A DNA stretch of 64,000 nt from Thermoanaerobaculia bacterium. Its GTDB lineage: Bacteria; Acidobacteriota; Thermoanaerobaculia; UBA5066. Of the stretch, positions 51,337 through 61,691 are shown piece by piece; position 1 is the stretch's first letter; every line of letters starts with the position of its first letter. Both the position numbers and the translations under genes were made by a program. Under the pieces are notes generated by a model. It had not been told where the DNA came from. It made no database searches and was given only the letters and a program-made list of their open reading frames with translations. The stretch lies in contig CAWFJJ010000001.1 in assembly GCA_963816185.1 (NCBI GenBank), positions 480,001 through 544,000 on the forward strand. Reading direction: 5' to 3'.

Positions 51337-52249
51337 GTGAAACACCTCTCGCACGGGGCTTTCGCCGCCGCTGCCCTCGCCGTACTCACGGCGGGGGCCG
51401 CGGTGGCCCAGGCTCCAGCCAGTCCGGCTCCCGCGAAGGTGGAGGCCGGCCCCGCGTGCGCCGACTGCCACGACGAGGCCAAGTTCTTCGCGGGTAATCC
51501 TCACGAGCGCGGCTACCGCGCCGCCCACGGCGGCGAGGCCGGCAACGCGGTCTGCGCGACCTGTCACGGCGACGGGACGAAGCACATGGAGGCCGAGGGC
51601 GACAAGACCCTCATCAAGGGCCTTCGGGGCCGTTCCGGCGCCGCTCAGTGCCTGACCTGCCACAAGCAGTCCGCGGAGCGCTCGTCCTTCAAGACGGGCG
51701 TTCACGCGTCGTCCGAGGCGGTCAACTGCCTCTCCTGCCATTCCATCCACAAGTCCGACCCGAAGCAGGCCGAGCCTGCTCGTGTCCGAGCCGACGAAGG
51801 TGTGCGCGACCTGCCACCAGGACGCGGCCTCGTCCTTCCGGACCTTCCCCTACGCGCACAGGCTGAAAGGGGGCGCTCTTTCGTGCGTGTCCTGCCACGA
51901 CCCGCACGGCCGCTCGGCCAACCACGCGACGAGGGAGACGAGGGCCGGCGAGCCCGGCTGCGTCTCGTGCCACGCGGAGGTGCGCGGTCCGTTCGTCTTC
52001 ACGCACGTCAACGGCGTCGCCGGCGACTGCACGAGCTGCCACGTTCCACATGGCTCCTCGTATCCCCACCAGCTGCAGCGGGCGACGATCGCCGCGCAGT
52101 GTCTCGAGTGTCATTCGACGCTCTCGACGGGGACCCTGGGCTCGCAGCCGCCTTCTTTCCACAACATCTCGCTGCCGCGCTATCAGAACTGCACGACCTG
52201 CCACGTCGCCGTGCACGGTTCCCAGCGCTCGCCGCAGCTTTTGAAGTAA
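51337..52249 (+). CDS. MtrA/DmsE-like periplasmic decaheme cytochrome; frameshift near 51775
   Basis: 4 CxxCH in ORF 51337 plus 6 in ORF 51782..52249 (10 total); CHDPHG, RGPFVFTH, CHVPHGS, CTTCHVAVHGS. Confidence 0.88.
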
Positions 52250-52259
52250 GGACAGGCCG

Positions 52260-54210
52260 ATGCGAATCTTCCGCTCCGCCTTCCAAAGCGCCGCGCTCGC
52301 CTCGGTTCTTGTCTCCTGTCTCGTTTCGGCCGGCGTCGCCCGTGCCCAGGCGATTCCGTTCGACATCGAGGTCGGCTACCGCTTTCTCGACGTCACCGGC
52401 AACGAGCAAGCCTACCGCTCGCAGATCAACGAGCGCGAAGGCTTTCTCGTCCGCGGCGTCCATCTCGGCACCGACGGCAAGTCGGACGGCTTTCCGGTCC
52501 TCGACCACCTCAGGATCGACGGCTCCGACCTCGGGGCCGGCCCTGCCGGCTCCCTGTTGCTCGACGCGGGCCTCACGGGCGCGTACCGCCTGCGGGTCTC
52601 GTACCGCCACCTCGACCAGTTCAGCGCGCTCGCCGGCTTCGCGAACCCCCTCGGCGCGTCGATCGGACAGCAGACGTGGGACCGCACGCGCAACATGGTC
52701 GACGTCAACCTCGAGGTCCTGCCGGGCGCAGTCGTCACGCCTCTCTTCGGATACACCTCCAACTCTCTCACCGGGCCCGGCTCTACGACGGCGTTCGTGG
52801 GCCAGGACGAGTTCCGGCTCGGCCAGGACCTCACGGTCCACGACCAGGAGGTCCGCGCGGGATTGGGCTTCCATGCCGGAGCTTTCTCGGGCGAGTTCCT
52901 CCAGGGCTGGCGCCGCTACCACGAGATCGAGAAGGACAGCCTCCTTCCGGGCGCGGGCGCGGGCAACAACCCGGGTCCGGTTCTCGGCAACAACCTGAAC
53001 CTCTCGTCCCTCACGCGCTCGAGCGTGACGGACGTGAATACGCCGACGTCGTCGTTCTTCCTGCGCGGCTTCGCCACCGACGCCGTCCAGCTCGTCGCCT
53101 TCTACGTGCGCGCGAACGCGGACGCGGACAGCAACGATCAGGAGAGCCTCAACGGCTCGCTCGTGTCGTTTCCGCTGGCGAGGTTCTTCGCCGGCCTGAC
53201 CGACTCCTCTTCGTCCCGCGTCCAGAACACGATGTGGCGCGCGGGCGGTCGCCTCGAGTGGCACGTTCTCGAAGGCGTCGACGTGACGGGCGGCTACGTT
53301 CACCGTCATGCGACGTGGGACGGGCAGGACCTCGTGAGCAGCCTGTTCACGGGGACCTCGAGCTTCACCGGCATCACGCTCGCGGACCTCCAGACTCTCC
53401 TCAACGCCCAGACCTCCGTCGACCGCACGGAGGACGTATACGACGTTCAGGTCGCCGCCAAGGGGTTCGGGCCTTTCGGCGTCCGTGCCGGATACTCGCG
53501 CATCGAGCAGGACCTCATCGTCACCGAGGATCCGTCCGAGATTCTCGTCCCAGGCGGCCAGGGCGGAGAGTTCACGCGCAACATCAATCGCGTCGAGGGC
53601 GCTCTCACCTATGGAACGGGGCCCTTCTTCGCGGCCGCCGAAGCGTCGTGGGACGATGCGAACAAGTCGGTTCTCCGCACCGACTACCTCACCCGTAATC
53701 GCGAGCGCGCCCGGGTCACCTGGAAAGGGTTTCCGTGGCTCACGGTCGGCGCGACCGGGCTCTGGGTCGATCAGAAGAACGACACGTTCGGCATCAACTC
53801 CAAGGGCAGCTCCCGCCAGTACACGGGCGATCTCACGCTCATGCCGGTCAAGGTGCTCCGGCTCCACGGCGCCTACAGCAAGCTCAAGGCCGACAGCACG
53901 ATTCCGATCCGGGCCCCGCAGGACTTCACGGTGCTCGACTCCGTGAACACGGAAGACGGCCAGATGTGGGAGGCGGGCCTGGGTCTCAAGCTCGACAAGG
54001 TCGCGATCGATGGCTTCTGGTCTCGCTTCGCGAACGAGGGCTCGTACGCTTACCGGCTCTATCGGGGAGGCGCGCGCGTCGACCTCGACGCCACGGCGAA
54101 CCTCGGGACTCGTCGGCGAGTGGTCGGTCGACCGGTACCTCGACTATCAGATCTCGACGTCCAGCTTCCGCGCCAACCGCTACGGCGTCTACCTGAAGTG
54201 GCGCCCGTGA
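52260..54210 (+). CDS. MtrB/PioB-like outer-membrane beta-barrel porin; frameshift near 54105
   Basis: Signal peptide; EVGYRFLDVTGNEQAYRSQIN; amphipathic strands; true C-terminus ...YGVYLKWRP lies in ORF 54010..54210; follows mtrA-like gene. Confidence 0.8.
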
Positions 54211-54243
54211 ACGCTTCGCCAGGAGAGAGAAAGGATCGATGAC

Positions 54244-54573
54244 ATGAAGAAAGTCCGCCTCGGAGTCGTCTCCCTCGCCTCGGCGGTCGTGCTCGTTACC
54301 GGTTCGGCCCTCGCCACCATGGACCTTCAGAAGCAGTTCGGCACGACATATCCCGACGCCCCCAAGGCGAAGTGCAGCACATGCCACACGAAGCCGATGC
54401 CCAAGAAGGGAGACGCGGACGTCAATGCCTATGGAAAGGATATGACGGCGACGAAGAAGGCCGGCAAGTACGACTTCGCCAAGATCGAGAAGCTCGACAG
54501 CGACAAGGACGGCGTCTCGAACCTCGACGAGATCAAGAAGGGGACGAACCCCGGCGATCCCGCGTCCAAGTAG
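54244..54573 (+). CDS. Small basic monoheme cytochrome c with TSP3-like Ca-binding motif
   Basis: Signal peptide, CSTCH, NAYGKD, DSDKDGVSNLDEIKKGTNPGD. Confidence 0.82.
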   Translation: MKKVRLGVVSLASAVVLVTGSALATMDLQKQFGTTYPDAPKAKCSTCHTKPMPKKGDADVNAYGKDMTATKKAGKYDFAKIEKLDSDKDGVSNLDEIKKGTNPGDPASK

Positions 54574-54582
54574 GGAAGAGGG

Positions 54583-55830
54583 ATGAGGCTCGGGGGCGTT
54601 TTCGCCGCGCTTCTGTTCACGGCCGCCCCCCTCGATGCAGCGACCCAGGCCCCGAAGCCTCCAACCAACGACGACTGCCTCGCCTGCCACGAAGACCCGT
54701 CCGCCAAACGCGCGAGCGGGTCTTCTATTTTCGTCGACAAGGCGGCGTTTTCAGCCTCCGTGCACGGCGCCGCCGGCGCGGCGTGCGTCGACTGTCACCA
54801 GGACCTCGCGAAGACGACCGACTTTCCGCATCCCGAGGCGCTTGCCCCGGTCGACTGTTCGCCTTGTCACGCGTCCGAGGTCGCCGACTACCAGAAGAGC
54901 GTTCATGCGAAAGAACGCGGAAAGTCGAAGGCCAGCAAAGCGGCGACGTGCACGGACTGCCACGGAATCCACGACATCCGGCCCTCATCGGATCCGGAAT
55001 CACGGACGAATCACTTCAACCTCCCCACGACATGTCTGAAATGCCACGGAAACCTCGCGGTCGTCGCGAGCGCGGGGGGGCCTCCCCTGAACCAGCCGGC
55101 TCTCTTCCACGACAGCATCCACGGCAGGGCGCTGGAAAAGAGCGGGCTGAAGATCGCGCCCAACTGCGCGACCTGTCACGAGGCGCACGCGATTCGCGAT
55201 CCGAGGAAGGATCCCGAGAGCCTCGTGTTCCGGACGCGCGTCCCCGCGACGTGCGGAACCTGCCACGAGAAGATTCTCGCGGAATACAGCGACTCGATTC
55301 ACGGGACCCAGCTCGCCAAGGGAAATCCCAAGGTGCCCGTGTGCTCCGACTGCCACACGGCGCATGCCATTACGGACTCGACGGATGCGCGGCGCCTCTC
55401 GATTCTCCACCAGTGCGGGGGCTGCCACGAATCCTCTCTCGCCACCTACCGCGACACGTATCACGGCCAGGTGAGCGCGATGGGCTTTTCGCGCATCGCG
55501 ACGTGCGCCGACTGCCACACCGCGCACGAGATCCATCCCGCCGGCGACCCACGCTCCTCGGTGGGCCCCGCGAATCGCCTGAAAACGTGCCAGAAATGTC
55601 ACGCCGGAGCGACGGCGAACTTCTCCCGCTACGACCCGCACGCGAACACGCACGACAAGGGGCGGAGCCGCTTGCTCTGGGCGACGGCCCTTTTCATGAG
55701 GATCCTCCTTGCCGGCGTCTTCGCGTTCTTCGGGATTCACACGGTTCTGTGGTTCCCCCGGTCGGTCAAGGCGCGCCTGGGCGCGCGGCGGAACGGCCGC
55801 GGGCCGGCCGACGGTCCGGGAGAAGAGTGA
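54583..55830 (+). CDS. 11-heme periplasmic cytochrome c with C-terminal TM anchor (CbcL c-domain-like)
   Basis: CLACH, CVDCH, CSPCH, CTDCH, CLKCH, CATCH, CGTCH, CSDCH, CGGCH, CADCH, CQKCH; YRDTYHG; TM ending FFGIHTVLWF. Confidence 0.88.
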   Translation: MRLGGVFAALLFTAAPLDAATQAPKPPTNDDCLACHEDPSAKRASGSSIFVDKAAFSASVHGAAGAACVDCHQDLAKTTDFPHPEALAPVDCSPCHASEVADYQKSVHAKERGKSKASKAATCTDCHGIHDIRPSSDPESRTNHFNLPTTCLKCHGNLAVVASAGGPPLNQPALFHDSIHGRALEKSGLKIAPNCATCHEAHAIRDPRKDPESLVFRTRVPATCGTCHEKILAEYSDSIHGTQLAKGNPKVPVCSDCHTAHAITDSTDARRLSILHQCGGCHESSLATYRDTYHGQVSAMGFSRIATCADCHTAHEIHPAGDPRSSVGPANRLKTCQKCHAGATANFSRYDPHANTHDKGRSRLLWATALFMRILLAGVFAFFGIHTVLWFPRSVKARLGARRNGRGPADGPGEE

Positions 55831-56669
55831 TGGACGAGAACGTCCCCGCGCCGGCCGCCCCGATCTGGATCCGGCGCTTCGACCGGTTCGACCGTTCGCT
55901 CCACATCCTTCTCATGGCGAGCTTTCTCGGGCTCTCGCTCACGGGCGTTCCCCTTCTGTTCTCGGAGAGGCCGTGGGCGGCGTCTCTCTCGCGCCTGTTC
56001 GGCGGATTCCGGTCGGCCGCGACGCTCCACCGCGTCTTCGCGACCGGAATGCTCGTGTGCTTCGGGAGCCATCTCGCACGCCTCGCCAAGAGGCTCTTCG
56101 GCGACAAGGAGTACAGCATCCTGTGGGGGCCGTCCTCTCTCGTGCCTCAGCCGCGCGACCTCAAGGACCTGGTGGGGCACGTGCGCTGGTTTCTCGGGCG
56201 AGGCGAGCGTCCGCGCTTCGAGCGCTTCACGTACTGGGAGAAATTCGACTACTGGGCCGTGTTCTGGGGGATGGGGATCATCGGAGGATCCGGGCTGATT
56301 CTCTGGGCGCCGAAGCTCTGGGCGCGGTTCCTCCCGGGGAGTCTCTTCAACGTCGCCCTCCTCGTGCACGGCGAGGAGGCGCTTCTCGCGGTCGTTTTCA
56401 TCTTCACGATCCACTTCTTCAACGGCCACCTGAGACCCGAGAAGTTCCCGATGGACACCGTCATCTTCACGGGCGTCCTTCCGCTCGAAGAGCTCGAGCA
56501 GGAGCGGCCCGCCGAGTACGAGCGCCTCGTGGCGGAAGGCGGCGTCGAGCGCCTCGCGTCCCCCGCGCCGACGGCCGACCGCATCCGGAAGAGCCGGATC
56601 GTCGGAACGGTCGCGGTTTCGCTGGGCCTTCTCCTCGTTGCCTTTACACTCGTCGCTCTCCTGAGCTGA
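55830..56669 (+). CDS. FdnI-like di-heme cytochrome b (CbcL b-domain-like)
   Basis: RRFDRFDRSLH, LHRVFA, RFTYWEKFDYWAVFWG, VHGEEALLA, FTIHFFNGH; ATG overlaps the upstream TGA. Confidence 0.9.
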   Translation: MDENVPAPAAPIWIRRFDRFDRSLHILLMASFLGLSLTGVPLLFSERPWAASLSRLFGGFRSAATLHRVFATGMLVCFGSHLARLAKRLFGDKEYSILWGPSSLVPQPRDLKDLVGHVRWFLGRGERPRFERFTYWEKFDYWAVFWGMGIIGGSGLILWAPKLWARFLPGSLFNVALLVHGEEALLAVVFIFTIHFFNGHLRPEKFPMDTVIFTGVLPLEELEQERPAEYERLVAEGGVERLASPAPTADRIRKSRIVGTVAVSLGLLLVAFTLVALLS

Positions 56670-56691
56670 AACCGCGTCGAGGAGGAGTCAT

Positions 56692-58147
56692 ATGAGCGCA
56701 CGGACGGGCGGCCGTCTGGCCGGATGGCTGAGGCCGATCTTCTACCTGGGGCGGAACAGGGTCTCCCAGATCGGCGTGGCGCTCACGACGAGCGCGGCCG
56801 TCACGCTGATCGGATTCTGGCTCTTCGAGGTCACGAACACGCAAGCCCGTTCACCCGTACTCGGGCATCGTCTTCATTCTCGTTCTCCCGTTCTTCTTCC
56901 TCCTGGGCCTTCTTCTGATCCCGGTCGGGATTCTCTTCGAACGCCGCCGGCTCCGCCGGGAAGGGACTCTTCCCACGGATTACCCGAAAGTGGACCTGGC
57001 CGACGCGAGCCTCCGGCACGCCGCGATCCTCATCGCCGGCCTGACGGTGGCGAACATCCTGATCCTGAGCCTTTCGGCCTACGTCGGCGTCGAGTACATG
57101 GACTCCGCGCGGTTCTGCGGCCTTACGTGCCACACCGTCATGGCGCCGGAGTACACGGCGTACCTGGATTCGCCCCACTCGCGCATCGCCTGCGCGAGCT
57201 GCCACATAGGCCCGGGGGCTCCCTGGGTCGTCAAGGCGAAAGTGGACGGCGTCAGGCAGGTCATCGCGGTCGCGTTCGGGACGTACTCGCGCCCGATTCC
57301 GTCCCCCGTCCATACCCTGCGTCCTGCAAGGGCCACGTGCGAGCAGTGCCACTGGCCGCAGAAATTCCAGGGCGACAAGCTCAAGATCATCTCGAAATTC
57401 GGCGACGACGAGAAGAACACGCCGTCGAAGACCGTCCTGCTCCTCAAGCTGGGCGGACGCATGGGATCCCGGGCCACGGGGATCCACGGGCGCCACCTCG
57501 ACGACAAGGAGCGCATCTCGTACCTCACGACGGACGGCCGGCGCGAGGTCATCCCGAGCGTCACGTACCTCGACGACGACGGGAAATCGGTCGTCTTCAC
57601 GTCGACCGAGGTGAAGGAAACGCCCGAGGATGCGCGCAAAGGCGAGCGCCGGACGATGGACTGCATCGACTGCCACAACCGGCCCACGCACGCGTTCCAG
57701 CTTCCCGAGCGCGCCGTGAACGAGGCCATGGCGGCGGACCGCATCAGCCCCGAGCTGCCGTTCATCCACAAGAAATCGATCGAGCTCCTCAAGGTCACGT
57801 ATCCGACACGCGAGGCCGCGTTCGAGAGCATCGAGAAGGAGCTCACCGATTTCTACAGGAGCAAGTACCCGGACGTCTACCAGACCCGGCGCGCCTCCGT
57901 CGAGACCGCGGTTCGCGAGGTGCAGCGGATTTACGGGCGCAACGTGTGGCCCGACATGAAGATCACGTGGGGAACGCACCCGAACCACATCGGGCACGAG
58001 GACTTCCTCGGCTGCTTCCGCTGCCACGACGGCAACCACAAGGCGCCGGACGGGCGTGTCATCTCGGCCGAGTGCGATGCCTGCCATTCCCTGCTCGCGC
58101 AGGACGAGGAGAACCCGAAAGTGCTCGCGGAGCTCGGGATCCAGTAA
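56692..58147 (+). CDS. ImcH-like NapC/NirT family inner-membrane multiheme cytochrome; frameshift near 56845
   Basis: Joined reading: TM1, then PYSGIVFILVLPFFFLLGLLLIPVG, TM3, MDSARFCGLTCHTVMAPE, CASCH, LRPARATCEQCH, GIHGRH, CIDCHNRPTH, CFRCH, CDACH (6 heme motifs, one CX3CH). Confidence 0.85.
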
Positions 58148-58173
58148 TCGCCCCGCTTTGAAACAGGTGCATC

Positions 58174-59151
58174 ATGGGAGAGGGCGGGCCGAGCCGCCAC
58201 CCTGTGGGGGTCGTGGATCTGTCGACCCCCTACCTGGGCCTCAAGCTGGCTCATCCGCTCGTACCGGGAGCGTCGCCGCTCTCCTATGAGCTGGATTCGG
58301 TCCTCCGTCTCGAGGACGCCGGTGCACCCGCGATCGTGCTGCACTCGCTCTTCGAGGAGCAGATCTCGGCCGATCCCCTTCGCACGGCGCGGTCGCCTTC
58401 GGACCCCGTCGGCTACCTCGAGCATCTGAACCGGGTCAAGGAGTCCGTCCACGTTCCGGTCATCGCGTCGCTCAACGGCACGACCGACGAGGGCTGGACC
58501 TCGTTCGCGAGCCTCATCGAGCAGGCGGGAGCCGACGCCCTCGAGCTGAACCTCTATCACCTCTCGACGAACCTCTGGACGAGCGGGGCGACGCTCGAGG
58601 CCTACACGCTCGACACGGTTCGGACCGTGCGCTCGCTCGTCTCGATCCCGGTCGCCGTGAAAATCTTCCCGTACTTCTCGTCGATCGCCTCGCTCGCCCG
58701 GCAGCTCGAGGAGATCGGGGTGAACGGTCTCGTCCTCTTCAACCGGAGCTACCAGCCCGACATCGACCTCGAGAACCTGGAAGTGAAGCCGGACCTGCGC
58801 CTCTCGACCTCGACGGATCTGCTCTCACGCCTCTACTGGATCGCGATGCTCTCCGGCCGCGTGGACCTTTCGCTCGCCGTGACGGGAGGCGTCCACACGG
58901 GAGCCGACGCGCTGAAGGCGATTCTCGCGGGAGCGGACGCCGTTCAGATGGTTTCGGCCCTTCTCCAGAACGGCCCCCGCCACCTGAAGACCGTGCGCGT
59001 GGAGATGGAGGAGTGGCTCGACTGTCATGGCCATTCCTCGCTCGAGGAGCTTCGGGGCTGCATGAGCCTCGAGCGGCGGGAGGACGGCCGCGCGTTCGCC
59101 CGCGCCGGGCTGCTGCAGGTCCTCCAGCGGGGAATCAGCCCGCCCTCCTAG
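58174..59151 (+). CDS. Dihydroorotate dehydrogenase-like flavoprotein
   Basis: DLSTPYLGLKL, SLFEEQI, PVIASLNG, ALELNLY, FNRSYQPDIDLE, TGGVHT, GADAVQ. Start may be GTG 58213. Confidence 0.88.
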   Translation: MGEGGPSRHPVGVVDLSTPYLGLKLAHPLVPGASPLSYELDSVLRLEDAGAPAIVLHSLFEEQISADPLRTARSPSDPVGYLEHLNRVKESVHVPVIASLNGTTDEGWTSFASLIEQAGADALELNLYHLSTNLWTSGATLEAYTLDTVRTVRSLVSIPVAVKIFPYFSSIASLARQLEEIGVNGLVLFNRSYQPDIDLENLEVKPDLRLSTSTDLLSRLYWIAMLSGRVDLSLAVTGGVHTGADALKAILAGADAVQMVSALLQNGPRHLKTVRVEMEEWLDCHGHSSLEELRGCMSLERREDGRAFARAGLLQVLQRGISPPS

Positions 59152-59173
59152 GAGGGGCCGGATGGGCGGCGCG

Positions 59174-59839
59174 TCAGATCCAGCCGCGCCGGAACGCGAG
59201 CGCCACGGCCTCGACCTGGCTGTGAACCTCGAGCTTGCGGAGGACGTTCTGGATGTGGTTTCGCACCGTCGCGTGCGACAGGTTCAGCTTCGCCGCGATG
59301 TTGAGCGCCGCGTAGCCGTTCGACAGCAGCATGACGATCTCCCGCTCACGCCCGCTGAGAGGGGAGACGGAGATCGGAGGATCGACGGGAGGGAGGCCTG
59401 CCGGCTCGCGCACGGCCGACCGCAGCGATGAAACCAGACTGTCGAGCTCGGGTCCCTCCGTCTCGAGAAAGTGCATGAGCACCGCGAACGCCGGGCCCCC
59501 GGCGGGCAGCGGGACGGCCCGGACGATGAGCTTGAGGGCCGCAGGAGACCCTTTCCTCCGGACGTCGAGGAGAAAAGGCCGAACGTCGTCCCCGGCCATC
59601 GCCGAGACGACGACTGGGCACTCCCGCGCGCAATAGAGGTTTCCGAAGACATCCCGCCCCGCGAGGACGTCGTAGCACATCTTTCCGAGCACTTCCTCGG
59701 AAGTCCAGCCGAGCGCCTTCTCCGCGCCTTCGTTCCAGAACACGATGCGGTCGTGGCGATCCATTCCGTACGCCGGGGCCTTCGACTCGGCGATCAGCTC
59801 GAGCGCGTCTCGGACGGGCAGGGTGATCGGGGAGGGCAT
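59174..59839 (-). CDS. PAS-domain LuxR-family transcriptional regulator
   Basis: IVFWNEGAEKALGWTSEEVLGKMC; LSGREREIV...IAAKLNLSHATVRNHIQNVLRKLEVHSQVEAV. Confidence 0.9.
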   Translation of the reverse strand: MPSPITLPVRDALELIAESKAPAYGMDRHDRIVFWNEGAEKALGWTSEEVLGKMCYDVLAGRDVFGNLYCARECPVVVSAMAGDDVRPFLLDVRRKGSPAALKLIVRAVPLPAGGPAFAVLMHFLETEGPELDSLVSSLRSAVREPAGLPPVDPPISVSPLSGREREIVMLLSNGYAALNIAAKLNLSHATVRNHIQNVLRKLEVHSQVEAVALAFRRGWI

Positions 59840-59871
59840 GGGAGCCGTATTCTGGCAGAAAGAAGAGCGTT

Positions 59872-61691
59872 TCAGGAACCCGCCTCCCGGGCGGGATCGA
59901 ATCGTTCGAAGAGGCGAGCGAGCACGAGAATTCCGGCGGCACTTTCGGCGAGAACCAGGAAGGCTGCGGGGACGGCGGCCAGAGGCAGGCACCAGAGTCC
60001 GAGGGGCCTGAAGGTGAAGAAGATCAGGATCCCGGCGGGGAGCGCCGCCGGGATCAGCGCGAGGCCGAGGACGAGCGACGTGCCGAGGAAGGAAAGCATC
60101 GTAAGGCCCGTCTGCTCGAGACCCACGGCGCGCCTCCTGCCCGCGGGGAACCAGGCCGGAAAGGCCAGAACGGCCGCGTTCTGGACGACGAGCGCCGCGA
60201 CGACAAAGGCAGGCAGGAAGACGGCGATGGCCAGGCCGACGGGCGCGAAGGCTTCGAACCGCAGAAAAGGGGCCGAGACCGGCGGCGGCGAGACGGGCGC
60301 TCCCAGCAAGGCGGCTCGCACGGGGCGCCCCGCCGCGATCGCGAAGGCGATCGCGATTCCCCCCCAGCCGTAAAGCATGGCGACGGCCGCCGGCGCCCCG
60401 AGCTCGGCCAGGACGACGCGCTCGGCCGGGAGAGGCCATGTCTTGAGAAGCGTGGCGTATTCGAGGTCCCCGCGCAGGTCGATCCGGACGCCGAGCGGCG
60501 TGAAGAGCGCGAGGAGCGCGGTCAGAACGAGACATCCGGCGCTTCCGAATGCGGCCGCGAGGTCGCCCGAAGGCGTCCCGAGCAGGGCGGACGCCGAAAA
60601 GAGAGCGGCCGCGAGGGTGGCCACGATTGCAGCCTGCCGGCGAAGGCTCGTGCGATTCCAGGCGAGAAAGTTCTTCCACACGATCGCGAGCTCGGGCCGG
60701 CCGTGAGGTGCAAGGGCGAACGGCACGGTCCCGCGGTGCTTCTCGGACGGAAGGGCTTCGAGGCGGCCCGCTTGGCGGCGGGCCCGAAGAGCCGCACGCC
60801 GCGCGGCCTGGGAGAGCGTGGCTTCCTCGAAACGGACGGCCGTGAGGGCGACGCACGCGTAGAGGACGCCCACGAGGCCGACGAGCGGGCGGCAGCGCGA
60901 GGGCGAATGCCCGGGCGGTCGGAGCCAGGAGCGGGGCGAGGATCCAGCGGAACGGGGCGAGGAGCGCGAGCGGCGCCGGACCGAAGGGGCCGGAGCGGAG
61001 CGCCGTGACAAGTCCGCCGAGCGAGAACGTCTCTTTGAGCGGGCCCGACGCGACGAAAAGCCCCTTCCGAAGGTCACGACGAGCATTCCCAGGCCGCTCG
61101 CCGAAACGGCGAAGGCGGCGATTTTCGTAACCCTTCGGGAGGCCGGCGGGAGTTCGTTCCAGCGCGCCTTCGTGAAGGCGAGCACGAGATTGTGGAAGTG
61201 GACCGCCGTCAGGAGCAGCCAGAGCCCGGCGCCGGTGAGAATCCCGGCGCCGCCTCCGCGCCGAGAGGACACGATCGTGAGGATGAACGCGCTCAGCAGG
61301 ACGCGGAAGCTGCGCCTTCAGGAGGGCGTAATGGAGGAGGATGCGCCGCGAAACGGGAGCCGGAAACAGAAACTGGATTTCGGCCTCCGACAGCCCGAGC
61401 GACGGCTGGCCTTTCCGGAAGATCCAGGTCAGGAAGAGCTGCGGCGGCGAGCGCGGCCGCGCCGGCGACGAGGAGGATCTCGTCCATGTGTCCCGGAAGG
61501 TGCGGCGGAGCCGTCGCCCTGCCCGCGCGGGAAGGCCTCATGAAGATCATCGCGAAGTACGCGGCGCCGACGAGGAAACCGATCATGTACCGCGGCTCGC
61601 GCAGGCGGCCGAGCTTTCTTCGCGCGGCATTCCTCAGCATCCTTTTCGCGGCAAAGAAAGCGAGCGGGAGGGGCGAGGGCTGGGCGCTCAC
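59872..61691 (-). CDS. Putative ABC exporter permease, several frameshifts between about 60700 and 61450
   Basis: N-term LGRLREPRYMIGFLVGAAYF; C-term PELAIVWKN, RIDLRGDL..LKTWPL, QNAAVLAFPAW; pieces lie in different frames; coupled to the ATPase gene. Confidence 0.7.

Noticed and set aside
49140-51482. 780-aa minus-strand ORF over the decaheme gene
   Set aside because: Antisense shadow; all heme motifs are on the plus strand.
51337-52998. 553-aa tetraheme protein with a long tail
   Set aside because: Frameshift artefact; the correct product is a roughly 300-aa decaheme ending at 52249.
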